A stretch of DNA of 64,000 bases from a virus, in the IMG/VR virus record IMGVR_UViG_3300042453_004886, positions 64,001-128,000 of that record, one strand, 5' to 3'. The translations under genes were made by a program, and so were the position numbers. Every line of letters starts with the position of its first letter. Position 1 is the first letter of the stretch. Of the stretch, positions 29,866 to 40,411 are shown piece by piece. The notes below the pieces were generated by a model that searched no databases, was not told the origin of the DNA, and saw only the letters and a program-made list of their open reading frames with translations.

Positions 29866-32800
29866 ATGGATCGGTTTTCAAATCCAAGAGACTTTAGATA
29901 TAAAGAAGAAATAGAAACAACTTTAGTAAATCTTTTTAATGCTGTCCTTGATGAATACGCTGAGGCAGATGTCTTCTCTGAGGATACGGCTGAAGCTGTA
30001 GACTCGTCTACAAAATTAAAATTAGAAGCTATCCAAGTTATAAAAGACTTTCTCCAGGACAAATATACTGGAAACATCTTTAATGATGTCATGACCCTTA
30101 CTCAAGAGGGTAACTTAAAATTTATTGCAGAAGAACTTATAAATCTGTATGGGGATCCTCAAAACCTCAGCGTACTTTTAGATGATTTTTCTAAAGATGG
30201 TATAAAAGGCACTCACGCTGGCGTAATCAAACATTTATCAAAGTTTTCGCAAGATTTCGTAAAAGCCAGCTTTTTTAGCAGATTCAACGATCAGCAGGAC
30301 TTAAAAGATGACGGCACGTTTGACTACAGGCTTGGTAGGTCTTTTTTAACAAGCAAATACTCAAAACTGAGCCGGGTAAACAGATTAGGAGCACCAGAGC
30401 TCGGGCTAGATGCCAGAGGCATGGTGGACTTTTACAGAAACCTTGTAAAAGACTCTTACAGCCCAGGGCTTGTTTCAGGTTACAACATTGGTCGAGCAAT
30501 GCTTGGATCTATTGTTGGAGCCAAAGAATCCGTACAAATCGGTATGTTCCAGATGGAACACGGGATTCTTCTTGACGCTTTGAGACTTCAACAAGAGCTC
30601 GGTACAAAAGTTAATCTCATGCTCAGCCCACCTCAAAAAAGAGATGGGGCACCCCAAGAAGTCGGATTCTTCAACGTCATTGCCCGAAACTTACTGGGTG
30701 GAACTTCTGTAGAATTTGACAAACAAGTTATGGAGGGCGTAGCAAAAGCCGGTTACGCACACTACAAATTCTTAGGCGTAGACCTTGAGTCCTCCTTGGA
30801 AAACAGAAAAGTCATGATTGGTTCATTCAACATGACCCGAGGCGCTCTGGGCCAGATCATTGACCAGTCTAGAAATTTAGTCAGTAAACACCCGCACAAC
30901 TTTGAGCTTGGGTTCTTGATTGACTACGGGTTGGTTAAAAACCACGGACTTAGAAAGTCTGCATTTGAACGTATAACCAAAGAAGCAAAAGATTACGCTG
31001 GTTGGTTGTTTAATAGAGGAAATGACAGACTAAAACCACTTGGTTACAATCCAGAGCATATTCTATCCGGTCCTCAAACTTATGAAAAAATAAGGCAGGC
31101 GCTAGGATTTGGAGATGGGGTAAACCCTGAAAACTTGACTAAAAAAGTCAATGCTTTCTTTGCTCTGAACGTTATTACAGACCGAGGAATGGGCGTTGAT
31201 AGCGAGGGAAGACCTACAGGTAGATCTATATCTGGAAATAATCCACAGGAAGGTTTTTACCACACACTAGAGCAAAAACTAAGAGCTAGCACAGAATCTA
31301 AAATTACAATCCTTATATCTAGCAACTTTAAAGGAATAAGAAATCAAAACATTGGTGGAAGTCAAGACGCCTTCGAGTCTGGTGCATTTAAAGCACTACA
31401 AGATTTGAAAAGACAGTATCAAGACAGACTAGAAATAATTGAAACTCACGAACACATCCACGCTAAGACAGCTTTGATCTACGGAGAAAGCGGTGAGCTA
31501 GACATTATCAGCGGAAGCGCAAACGTGTCTGGACAAGGTTTTGGTGGTGAATCACAAGACGTAGGCCTATACTTGTCTTCAAAACATTTTGTAAAAGCTT
31601 CCAAGTATTTAGAAAAGCAAGCAGAAAACGTACTTGGTTACTTACAGACCTTGGCCGTAAGACCTGTACTCAGAAAATCACTGGTAAGAGAAAGCAACGC
31701 AATATCAGAAACACTGATGCGTGAGCTCAAGCTTCGTCTGAGCCCAGAACTGATGAAACGAGTTACTTTTACAGCAATTCAGCACATGGGTAGTGATGGA
31801 GAAATTTACCAAAAAGGTACACGAGTAAGTATATCTTTAAACATCAAGGGAGTCAGGGGTAAAGGAAGGTTTTACGTTGCAAACGCTCTCTCATTTGACG
31901 TATTTGAATACCTTGGAGAGCCAACAAGACTGTATATTCCGCAGCTGTACAAGATCATAGACCCAGTTCTGGGTATGCACCCAGAACAGCGCGTGAATAT
32001 GGATCCAAAAGCGCCAGGTTCTACAGGTATGCGTGGAGCGCTTACCGTGCAAGAATTTAGCGCGGCAGCTGTTGTGGCTGCAGGTATTGATTCTGCATAC
32101 AGTCAGCTAAACTCTGAGGCAGCAAAACTTACTGGATCCTACAGCGAACATATTTTAGATAAAACTGTGTTTGCAAGAATGATAAAAAAATCTATGAAGG
32201 AAGGCTTCAGAGAAACCTTTAAAAACTTTGAAGGTCTTCCCCTTGGCCAGTCTTCTCACGCAAGATCTTTCAAAAGACTTATCTTTGGCTTGACTGTTAG
32301 AGAACTATCAAAAGGTACGAGCTTATCTGAGACCGAGAAAAAGGTTTTACTTGAGCAAGCAAGGCTGATGGGCCTTAACAAGACTGAGTCTGGTTTAGTT
32401 TCAAGAATACTTAGAAAGGTAGCCGCGTTATTTGGGTTTAAAACACCGGATACTAAAGTTGCTTCTCTCTTGGATCTTTCTGATTACCCTGAAGTAGACC
32501 CACACACTCTCGATAGAAGCTTTTACTTGGATGAATTTGATTACGATACAGATTTGATGGGTAATAAAATACAGCACAAAGCAAATGCTCCCAGCGAAGT
32601 TATACGTGTACTCGAAAACGGAACCCGAGTAGAAAAATCAAAATTAAGGTTCACCGTACTTGCTCAGAGTCTAAGTCACGAAGCTCCTGCAAACATCTTT
32701 ATAACAGAAGGTTTTAACGAGCTTTACGCGTTTAACTACGATTCAACTGCAGAAACTCTCTACGGTTTTCTAAACGCCGCTAAACCAGATGCTCTACCAC

Positions 32801-35800
32801 AGCGTCAGCAGAACATGTTGGGTTCTGACACTGGTTTACTTACAGTTACGGGTAGTGCGGCAGAATATATTAAAAAAGTAAAACTAAAAATAAAAGGACC
32901 TGAAAAGGACTCAGCAGGAAACGTTTTAGAATCTCGTGCAAGGTTTGGAAACAGATTTAACATCCTACTTATGAATGGTATGGGTGAATCTACCTTCATG
33001 AACTCAAAAGTCATGAATGGTGCCTATGTTACCCGAGAAATCAAAAAAACAAAAAGTTACTTTACAGGTAGCGTAGGTGGTTCGATTACAAATGATGAAA
33101 TATCATTTATTGACCAAAGACTGAAACGGGACAAAGAAGGTAACTGGACTTTATACGATCCAAAAAGTAAAAAATACGAAAGAGTATCCCAAGAGGATGG
33201 AAAACCACTTCTTACAATAGATATAGATCAAAGAAACATAAAGCTTTTGGAATTCTTTAACTCCGAGGGGGTTAAAACCGATTCCACAATGCCAAACCCT
33301 ATCTATGACATGTCCGGGCACAAACTGGAAATCATGGACATACAGACCAGTATGGGTGCCAGTGGAAAGCTCGAAATAGAGTTCAACTACAGGGTTCTTT
33401 CACCTGCAGGCGGATCTATGAGAATCTTGTCCAGCGGTCTAAAAATGGTCACTGTAGGTGTAAAGGGTGGCTTTTTTGATGTCATTGCAGGCGGAATAAA
33501 CAAATCTATTGAGTCTTTAAAATCCGAGGACTTGACCTATAGAACAAAAGAAGGCGGATCCTTAAGTCTTGGTACCTACGGAGAATTCTATCAAGACGTG
33601 TTTACCATGTGGGGTAAAAAAATAGATCCCTCGATGTCTGAAAAACAAAAAGAATCCATGACAGGTGAAATGATTCACTTGATGGTAGGTGAATCTATTG
33701 TAAAAACAGGCGTTGTATTCCTGCAGACAGCTGCAATTCGTTTAGAAGAAAAAAGATTTTACAGCAGGGTTGTTGACATATTTAGTGATGACGCAAAGTT
33801 TGATGTATTTAAAAGAATGCTTGAAAGCTTTGAAAAACAGTCTGAATCAGCAAAAAAAGGTACCGGTATTAATAGGACTATCTTAAAAGGTATCAATCAT
33901 CTTTTAGGAGGCTCTGGCTTAGACGAGGTAAAACTTACCGAAGAGCTTAAACAAAAAAATAGAAAAAATCTACTTAAGTCAATCAGATCAATAAGAAATA
34001 AACTACTTAGAGGTGACGATTTCGGTACCGTACTCAGTAGCATATCGGACAAGCACGCCCTGACAGCGGCAGCAGCCCTGCACGTCATGCAATCCATGCT
34101 GGCTGGCGTAAAAGCAGATAGCTTCATGGAAGAGACGTCCAGGCGTCTTTCTGGTGCGGCTATCACACCGATGAACGAACCTCAATTTGACTTTAGCACG
34201 CCGGTTCCCTTGGTGCTTGACGACGCTTTCTCAGTAAAAGCTTTTCCAATGTCTAACCGCATGAGCGCTCTTATGCCAGGAAACCAAGCTGGTAGCCATA
34301 CTCAAACTGTTCTTGGAGCTCTGTCTAGAAACCTGGGAGTCGAAAAACGAGATAGACAGCTGTCAGAACTTTTTTCGCTGGCTTACTTGGGAGGAAGTGC
34401 AACTCAGATTGCTCAAAGAGCACTCGGTAAAAAATCAAAGGTATCCATCAAAGATCTTAGTTCATTCCATCAAGATTACATGCCAAGTCTTCTTATTGGT
34501 GGTGTCAACTTTGAACCACTTGCTTATGCATTTGCAGGCATGTCCAGAGAACACGAAGCTGCGTTTGGAACTATAACAGATTCAGTAAGAAGGCTTACAT
34601 ATGAAGATCTAAGTCCAGAAGAAATAAAAATAGAAGAAGCTAAGGCTATAGAAGCAGTAAAAAGTTTAGGTACACCAGGTACAAGAATTGCTCAAAACTT
34701 TTCTTCTGGTGTGCAGTCTGCAAGATCAGACATGAAGATATTTGAGCTCATGAAAAAATACAAGGTAGGCTCACCTAGAATGAGAATACCTGTTTTTGAG
34801 TTTACTGCTGTAGGTAGCGGCAGAAACAGATTCAGTGCTTCAAACCTTGTGGCCTATGAAGAGGTCTCGTTGCTCTCTGCTGAAACGTTGACGGAACTTC
34901 AGGGTGTGTTTAGCGACTTTTCCTCCGAAATATTTGACTTGCACGTAGAAGCAATGCGAGGGCTGCACAAAGTAAGAGCTCTCAGGCTTCAAATGGCTGC
35001 TACAGGAGGTTTGGTTACAAAAGAAACCAGAGACCAGTACTTGGGATACTTGGACAAGATAAGAAGGCTTCAAAGCGAAATAGAAAACCTTGCTGCAACA
35101 GATGTTCAAAAATCCGGAGCAAACATTATTGGAGGCTTTGCTGTAATTGCTAACTTTATACCTGGCTTTCACAACATGAAGCTAGGTGAAGATCAAAACA
35201 TAAGGACTTTTGAAACTTCAATCATAGTTGGTGACGAAGTCATGATGAGAGTCATGAACAAAGCAGAAAAAGCTATGAAAGCAGCAGACTCTCTTGTAGA
35301 TAGAAAAGAGTTCAAAGAAAAGCTATCAAAAAAAGCGCAGAAAGCTATGGATAACCATCTTAAAAAAGTAACAAAAGCTGCAGATGTAAAGTTTGAAGCT
35401 GCCTTGCTTGAAAGCACGGATGACGCAAAAGGATACACTTCTAAAAAATCAGGTGTAGGTAAGATCCTTGAAGGATTTACCAATCTTGGTGCTGACTACT
35501 ACAAAAAAATGAGTACTATTTCGTCAACTTCCACATTCTTGAATAGTTTAATAAACATAAGTGAAGCATTTGAAACTATTTACGGAGTTCAGATATCTGG
35601 AAAAACTAATATTGATGACGTTGTAAAAACTTTTACAAGATCAGACGATACTAGTTATTTCCGTACACAGGGCTCTCAAGATTTTTCACAAAACATTCAA
35701 CAGCTAAAAGCTTTAAAGCACGCTCAATCTGTACTTGGAACAGGGACAAGTACATACCTAGACAGTGAGCTACAAGTTCACAAAGAAAACATTCTAAAAG

Positions 35801-38800
35801 GTGTAGCTAATACAATCAAAGCACTCCAAAACGAAAAGAAATACGGTCAAGAAGTAGCTACACTAGCAAAATCATTTGAAGCTCTAAGAAAAGACCTTTT
35901 CTGGGTTAATCGAGTAAAAGAACTTAAAAAGATTGGCGAGGGCGGAGAGTTTGAAAGCGTTCAGGAAGCAAGAGATATTATCTTTAATAAGTTATCAAAA
36001 GTAACCGATTTTATAAGATACTTTGAAGATACCCCAAGACTAGGACTGGACAGAGATATAATTCTTCAAAGATTAAGGAAAGACAGAGATAAACTATTAA
36101 AAGAAAAATCAATCGTTGACACAATTATTAAAAAAGAACAAAGAATTATAGACAACGAAGATAAAGTAAAAAATATAATACGTTCCATACAAAAAAAGAG
36201 TCAAGGATCTACTCTTGGTGAAGTTTTAAGTGAAAGAACAAAAGTTACAGAAGAAAACGGAGAAAAAAAGAAGTCTGTATCAACAGAAGTTATTGGATCC
36301 TTTGGTCAAGCAAACGTTGACTTGTTACGGGTACAACTAAGCATATTTGAAAACAAAGCCAGAATGGCCGGGCTGTCTAAGGGTGTAGCAGACGTTCTTC
36401 ACGACACAATAAGAATGAAGAAGTTTGAAATTGCACTCTACGAAAATAGATTAAACCCTGCTGACTTAAGAAAAGGTATAGATACTTTAAAAAATCTAAT
36501 TAACTCAACAAATAATATGAGCGATAAAAAGTATTACGGAAAAATGCTTGATGTTGCTCAGTACAGGTTAGAAGTATCTACAGGCACTAAACGTAGTAAA
36601 AACAACCTTATAAAGAGAAGCGCAGAAGACGTATCTCATGCTCTCTATGCAGCCGGATTTAGCGTTCTTCAAGCTGTGGAAGATGAGTCTTCTCAAAACT
36701 CATTTGGCAGTGAAGACGAAACTGTAAAATATGTAAGAAAAGTTCAAAACCTTCTTGGTGTTTCTAATGTAAAAAATGCACTTCAACTAAGAAGTTACTT
36801 AAGAGGCATAGGGCTAGAATCTGCTTACAGCAGAGCGGGTGCTCCACTTGGATCTGAAGGTGGTGTCAAGTCTGCTCCTATATTCTCAATAAGAGAAGGA
36901 AATAGAATATTCAGACAGCTTGGTACAAGTTTTGAACTTGATGAAAAAGCCAATAGACGTTCTATATTCTTACACATGAGCGGAATGGCTCTTAATCTGG
37001 GTGACTTTGACGGTGACGTTGCAATTCTCACAACTATTGAAAGATACACATTCCTTGAACACTTAAAGCACAAACTCGGTGGAGAAGATAACCTTATTGA
37101 CGTAGAAAGATCTGCAAAAGAACTCATCAAGCAGCTTGAGCAAGCGGGTGCAGATAAAGGCACCATAGATGAATATAGGCTTCTTATAAGCAAACAACGA
37201 GATCCACTTACTAATAACTTGCTAAACCTGAAAGAAGAATATTTAAATCTAAAAACTTCTGTTACGGACTCAGCAAGAAGACTTGTAAGCACTCACATTG
37301 CCGAATACTGGGGTCTTGGAGAGAATGGTCTTTCAAAGCTTGCAGCAAACTATTATGGTAACGCTTACACGGATCCTGATGCTGACAAAGAACTTCTTGA
37401 ACAAAGACTTGCTGTCAAGCTCAATAAGTTCTCGAGTGATATGTACAGCAGCCTTCGCGAAAAAGCATCCAAACTCATAGATAAAAAGATAGCTCAATCA
37501 GACAATTTTGATAAGACTGCAAAAGCTTATGAAGCTCTTCAAGATAACGAAGAATACAGAAAGCATGTAAGAGAGTGGGTTAATAAAGATTCAGGAGCTC
37601 TTGTTGAAGAAAGTTTGGGTGATTTAAAAAACATTTTCAGCACAATAGCCGGTGTTGAGATGTCAGCAGATGAGATTTTAAGATTTGGTATCAAGACTGC
37701 TTTTGCATCTACAAAACTGATTGGTAACTTCTCTAATTTGCAAAATACCCAGCACGCACTATCCACCATGAGCAAGTTTGCAAGTCAAAAATTTTACACT
37801 GACGTTATAAACACATATGCAAATGTAAGTGGTGGGGACATCAGAGCAGTTGCTCCAGAAATTGAGTCCCACTACCAGCAGCTTCAAAAAGAAAAGCAAG
37901 AAACGTTAAATATTATTGTTAGCAGTAATCAGGGTTTCATGCAAAGACTGCAGCAGGCAACTCGTGATGCAATCAAGCCAAAAACTTCAGGTGCTACAAG
38001 CGAATCCAATAAAGGTGTCCTGCAAGAGCTTTATGAAGATAGCGTACTCATTCGAGCTATTGATGCTTCTGTAGCTCTTGTAACGGGTAAATCTTTATTT
38101 GGAAATTCTGTTAACTACAGTTTTAACAGCGCAAACGAACAAAAAATTCTTCGTAGCCTGAATGTTAACGAACTTATCAAGATTGAAACTACACCAGATG
38201 GTTCAACTCGAGCAACCTTAAAAACCGACTACGATTCAAGCTTAAAGTTTATTGTAGACGAATTGCTTGATCCTCTCGTGCGTGCTTCCAAAGACGAGCA
38301 CAGAGCAAGGGCTCTTTTACAAGAACGCTGGAAAGGAAAAGAACTAGACGCAGCTCAAAAAGACGCTTTGACCAACATAGATATCCAAGCAGAAACTCAA
38401 GCACTCATGTATGGAAAACTTCTTATAAACCAGTTCCAAGACATCAAGAGAATTTTGAAATACAGAAAAGCAGCTGAGTCCGCCGGGGAGGACGGATTTG
38501 AAAGAGCTCGATTCGGATTATCCAGACAGCTTAAACTTGTGTTCTTGCAAGAACACATGCGAGGTGGTCGCCTCAATACACCAGAAGCATTCCAGCGCGT
38601 TGTAGGAGACGTTTATCAAGATTACGCAAAAGCTGAGATGCTTGATTCTCTTGAATCCGATGCAAGAGCACTCGACCCCACAGGAAGGCTTTACGACAGC
38701 TTGCTTCCGGCTTTCAGTAAATATGCTCAGGGTGAAAATGAACTTGAAATTTATAAAGCCCTCGTTCGTAAAAACCCGGAACAATACACGGCTCTAGGAA

Positions 38801-39759
38801 ATATTCACATGGCGCTGGTAGAAGCCGCCACTGGTCAGAATCCTTTGGAAACCGTACAGCAAGTCATGCAGCTCAGAGAAGAAAAAGTAAAAGAAGTTTA
38901 TGCTGGACAAATCGAGAAAAAGATAGAAGCAGTCGGTAAAGCTAAAACGGTTGTATCGATGGCTATAGGAGGTTTCCTTGTAATGGGCGGTTTGGCCGCA
39001 ACAGAAGCTCACGCCGCAACAACTGATAAAGATAAAGAATCACCCTTCAGGGATAAAAAAGATTCTCTTACAAAAGTTATTACTGAAACCATCTTTAACT
39101 GGGAACCCCATTTAACCGCTGCTTCTATATACTCCCAGCAAGGGTTTGATACCAATTCTAAACTTGTTGCAATCGCTGGCTTAACCGCAACCATGGCTGC
39201 AGCTCATGTAGCAACTGGTTTTTCTGAAAGACTCGTCAAGAAAGCAGGATTCAGATCTGCAGACGGAATGACCTTTAATAAAAACTTGGAACACGCGGGC
39301 GGTTTGCTTGGAGTAGTTTCTGCTGTATTTGCAGGAAGTGCTATTTCAGGAATTCAAGAAGAATTCATGAAGCGCGAAATGAGAACCCCTGTCAGCAATC
39401 TTGCTACTCAAATAACTGAAGAACTTGCTACCCGAGACGCAATTATCATGGCTTCTTCTGAAGATATTACTGATCTAACAGACCAAGAAGATGCAGTAGT
39501 TGAACTAGCTTACGATGAAAATGGAGATGCTATTCCTGTTCCAGAAGGACTTACTAGAGATGAGGCGCTTAACATGAGTGACGAAAATCACTCAAGCGTT
39601 CCTATGATGCTTACAGAGCGCGACAACATGGGTATTCCAGAAGTCTACAAGAATCCCGTGCTTGATGAAAATGGAAAAGTTACACGTCCTTCAAGAACAC
39701 CGCAAGAAAACTACAAAGATGCCCTTAGAGAGCACAGAATTAGAACTGGTGGTTTGTAG
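29866..39759 (+). CDS. Giant virion protein: PLD-family domain + two-barrel virion RNA polymerase + probable tape-measure/membrane segments
   Basis: ATG at 29866 and TAG at 39757-9 are on the + strand (track label wrong). HYKFLGVD..IGSFN (H299), HAKTALIY..SGSAN (H532), SRAGAP (R2323), NLGDFDGD (D2380), three hydrophobic segments after about aa 3025; next to the G/GT chaperone. Confidence 0.8.
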   Translation: MDRFSNPRDFRYKEEIETTLVNLFNAVLDEYAEADVFSEDTAEAVDSSTKLKLEAIQVIKDFLQDKYTGNIFNDVMTLTQEGNLKFIAEELINLYGDPQNLSVLLDDFSKDGIKGTHAGVIKHLSKFSQDFVKASFFSRFNDQQDLKDDGTFDYRLGRSFLTSKYSKLSRVNRLGAPELGLDARGMVDFYRNLVKDSYSPGLVSGYNIGRAMLGSIVGAKESVQIGMFQMEHGILLDALRLQQELGTKVNLMLSPPQKRDGAPQEVGFFNVIARNLLGGTSVEFDKQVMEGVAKAGYAHYKFLGVDLESSLENRKVMIGSFNMTRGALGQIIDQSRNLVSKHPHNFELGFLIDYGLVKNHGLRKSAFERITKEAKDYAGWLFNRGNDRLKPLGYNPEHILSGPQTYEKIRQALGFGDGVNPENLTKKVNAFFALNVITDRGMGVDSEGRPTGRSISGNNPQEGFYHTLEQKLRASTESKITILISSNFKGIRNQNIGGSQDAFESGAFKALQDLKRQYQDRLEIIETHEHIHAKTALIYGESGELDIISGSANVSGQGFGGESQDVGLYLSSKHFVKASKYLEKQAENVLGYLQTLAVRPVLRKSLVRESNAISETLMRELKLRLSPELMKRVTFTAIQHMGSDGEIYQKGTRVSISLNIKGVRGKGRFYVANALSFDVFEYLGEPTRLYIPQLYKIIDPVLGMHPEQRVNMDPKAPGSTGMRGALTVQEFSAAAVVAAGIDSAYSQLNSEAAKLTGSYSEHILDKTVFARMIKKSMKEGFRETFKNFEGLPLGQSSHARSFKRLIFGLTVRELSKGTSLSETEKKVLLEQARLMGLNKTESGLVSRILRKVAALFGFKTPDTKVASLLDLSDYPEVDPHTLDRSFYLDEFDYDTDLMGNKIQHKANAPSEVIRVLENGTRVEKSKLRFTVLAQSLSHEAPANIFITEGFNELYAFNYDSTAETLYGFLNAAKPDALPQRQQNMLGSDTGLLTVTGSAAEYIKKVKLKIKGPEKDSAGNVLESRARFGNRFNILLMNGMGESTFMNSKVMNGAYVTREIKKTKSYFTGSVGGSITNDEISFIDQRLKRDKEGNWTLYDPKSKKYERVSQEDGKPLLTIDIDQRNIKLLEFFNSEGVKTDSTMPNPIYDMSGHKLEIMDIQTSMGASGKLEIEFNYRVLSPAGGSMRILSSGLKMVTVGVKGGFFDVIAGGINKSIESLKSEDLTYRTKEGGSLSLGTYGEFYQDVFTMWGKKIDPSMSEKQKESMTGEMIHLMVGESIVKTGVVFLQTAAIRLEEKRFYSRVVDIFSDDAKFDVFKRMLESFEKQSESAKKGTGINRTILKGINHLLGGSGLDEVKLTEELKQKNRKNLLKSIRSIRNKLLRGDDFGTVLSSISDKHALTAAAALHVMQSMLAGVKADSFMEETSRRLSGAAITPMNEPQFDFSTPVPLVLDDAFSVKAFPMSNRMSALMPGNQAGSHTQTVLGALSRNLGVEKRDRQLSELFSLAYLGGSATQIAQRALGKKSKVSIKDLSSFHQDYMPSLLIGGVNFEPLAYAFAGMSREHEAAFGTITDSVRRLTYEDLSPEEIKIEEAKAIEAVKSLGTPGTRIAQNFSSGVQSARSDMKIFELMKKYKVGSPRMRIPVFEFTAVGSGRNRFSASNLVAYEEVSLLSAETLTELQGVFSDFSSEIFDLHVEAMRGLHKVRALRLQMAATGGLVTKETRDQYLGYLDKIRRLQSEIENLAATDVQKSGANIIGGFAVIANFIPGFHNMKLGEDQNIRTFETSIIVGDEVMMRVMNKAEKAMKAADSLVDRKEFKEKLSKKAQKAMDNHLKKVTKAADVKFEAALLESTDDAKGYTSKKSGVGKILEGFTNLGADYYKKMSTISSTSTFLNSLINISEAFETIYGVQISGKTNIDDVVKTFTRSDDTSYFRTQGSQDFSQNIQQLKALKHAQSVLGTGTSTYLDSELQVHKENILKGVANTIKALQNEKKYGQEVATLAKSFEALRKDLFWVNRVKELKKIGEGGEFESVQEARDIIFNKLSKVTDFIRYFEDTPRLGLDRDIILQRLRKDRDKLLKEKSIVDTIIKKEQRIIDNEDKVKNIIRSIQKKSQGSTLGEVLSERTKVTEENGEKKKSVSTEVIGSFGQANVDLLRVQLSIFENKARMAGLSKGVADVLHDTIRMKKFEIALYENRLNPADLRKGIDTLKNLINSTNNMSDKKYYGKMLDVAQYRLEVSTGTKRSKNNLIKRSAEDVSHALYAAGFSVLQAVEDESSQNSFGSEDETVKYVRKVQNLLGVSNVKNALQLRSYLRGIGLESAYSRAGAPLGSEGGVKSAPIFSIREGNRIFRQLGTSFELDEKANRRSIFLHMSGMALNLGDFDGDVAILTTIERYTFLEHLKHKLGGEDNLIDVERSAKELIKQLEQAGADKGTIDEYRLLISKQRDPLTNNLLNLKEEYLNLKTSVTDSARRLVSTHIAEYWGLGENGLSKLAANYYGNAYTDPDADKELLEQRLAVKLNKFSSDMYSSLREKASKLIDKKIAQSDNFDKTAKAYEALQDNEEYRKHVREWVNKDSGALVEESLGDLKNIFSTIAGVEMSADEILRFGIKTAFASTKLIGNFSNLQNTQHALSTMSKFASQKFYTDVINTYANVSGGDIRAVAPEIESHYQQLQKEKQETLNIIVSSNQGFMQRLQQATRDAIKPKTSGATSESNKGVLQELYEDSVLIRAIDASVALVTGKSLFGNSVNYSFNSANEQKILRSLNVNELIKIETTPDGSTRATLKTDYDSSLKFIVDELLDPLVRASKDEHRARALLQERWKGKELDAAQKDALTNIDIQAETQALMYGKLLINQFQDIKRILKYRKAAESAGEDGFERARFGLSRQLKLVFLQEHMRGGRLNTPEAFQRVVGDVYQDYAKAEMLDSLESDARALDPTGRLYDSLLPAFSKYAQGENELEIYKALVRKNPEQYTALGNIHMALVEAATGQNPLETVQQVMQLREEKVKEVYAGQIEKKIEAVGKAKTVVSMAIGGFLVMGGLAATEAHAATTDKDKESPFRDKKDSLTKVITETIFNWEPHLTAASIYSQQGFDTNSKLVAIAGLTATMAAAHVATGFSERLVKKAGFRSADGMTFNKNLEHAGGLLGVVSAVFAGSAISGIQEEFMKREMRTPVSNLATQITEELATRDAIIMASSEDITDLTDQEDAVVELAYDENGDAIPVPEGLTRDEALNMSDENHSSVPMMLTERDNMGIPEVYKNPVLDENGKVTRPSRTPQENYKDALREHRIRTGGL

Positions 39760-39760
39760 T

Positions 39761-40045
39761 TTAAGTAAAAAGCAAGAATGCGATAGCTTCCTGCATCTCT
39801 CTGAGGAAAACTTTGTCTTGATCGGTAAGCTCTGATTTCTTCAACCGTTTTAAACGCTCTAGAAGGTGCCTTGGAGTACCCTTGTATACCGAAACCATAC
39901 GCTCAACTGTATCTCCGATTTTACGGCCTTCCAGGACGGAATAATCGCGAATTGCCTCTGCGAACGATGCTGCAATGCTTGCATTGAACTGAACTTTGTC
40001 TTTTGGACCTTTTGCGTACTTACTTCTGTTATTTTCTGAGCTCAT
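39761..40045 (-). CDS. Ribbon-helix-helix type DNA-binding protein
   Basis: KVQFNASI-AASFAEAIRDYSVLEGRKIGDTVERMV fits beta-helix-helix (CopG/Arc-like). Confidence 0.6.
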   Translation of the reverse strand: MSSENNRSKYAKGPKDKVQFNASIAASFAEAIRDYSVLEGRKIGDTVERMVSVYKGTPRHLLERLKRLKKSELTDQDKVFLREMQEAIAFLLFT

Positions 40046-40411
40046 GACGTCATCTTGCCCCCAAATTTATTTTGAACCCTGGTTTTTATATACTGCCCTT
40101 AAATATTCTAGGATATTCTAGATATTCTTGTCTATAAAATTTATTGAAATAAAATCTAGATTTTCTGTATGCTGAAAATTTTTTAGCTATAAATTTCAGA
40201 TTACTTTATTTGAAAAATTCATTAGAAAACTTGCGGGATATCAATATAGGAAAATCTATATTCTAAACAGCGAAAGTAGAGCTGGATGGATGGGGTTCTA
40301 TATGGTCCCCCGGACACCCCCCTACACCCTACAAGGGTTTAGGGTATCGGTGTTCGTTCTGGACCATAGAGCCACACCTGTGCGTGTGGCCATGCTGCAT
40401 AGGAGGAAACC

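Noticed and set aside
29866-39759. The ORF track labels the 3297-aa ORF as minus strand; 37298..37480 and 28802..28996 are also labelled minus.
   Set aside because: The + strand reads ATG GAT CGG TTT at 29866 and ends GGT TTG TAG at 39759, and the two short ORFs also translate from the + strand. I used strands read from the sequence.
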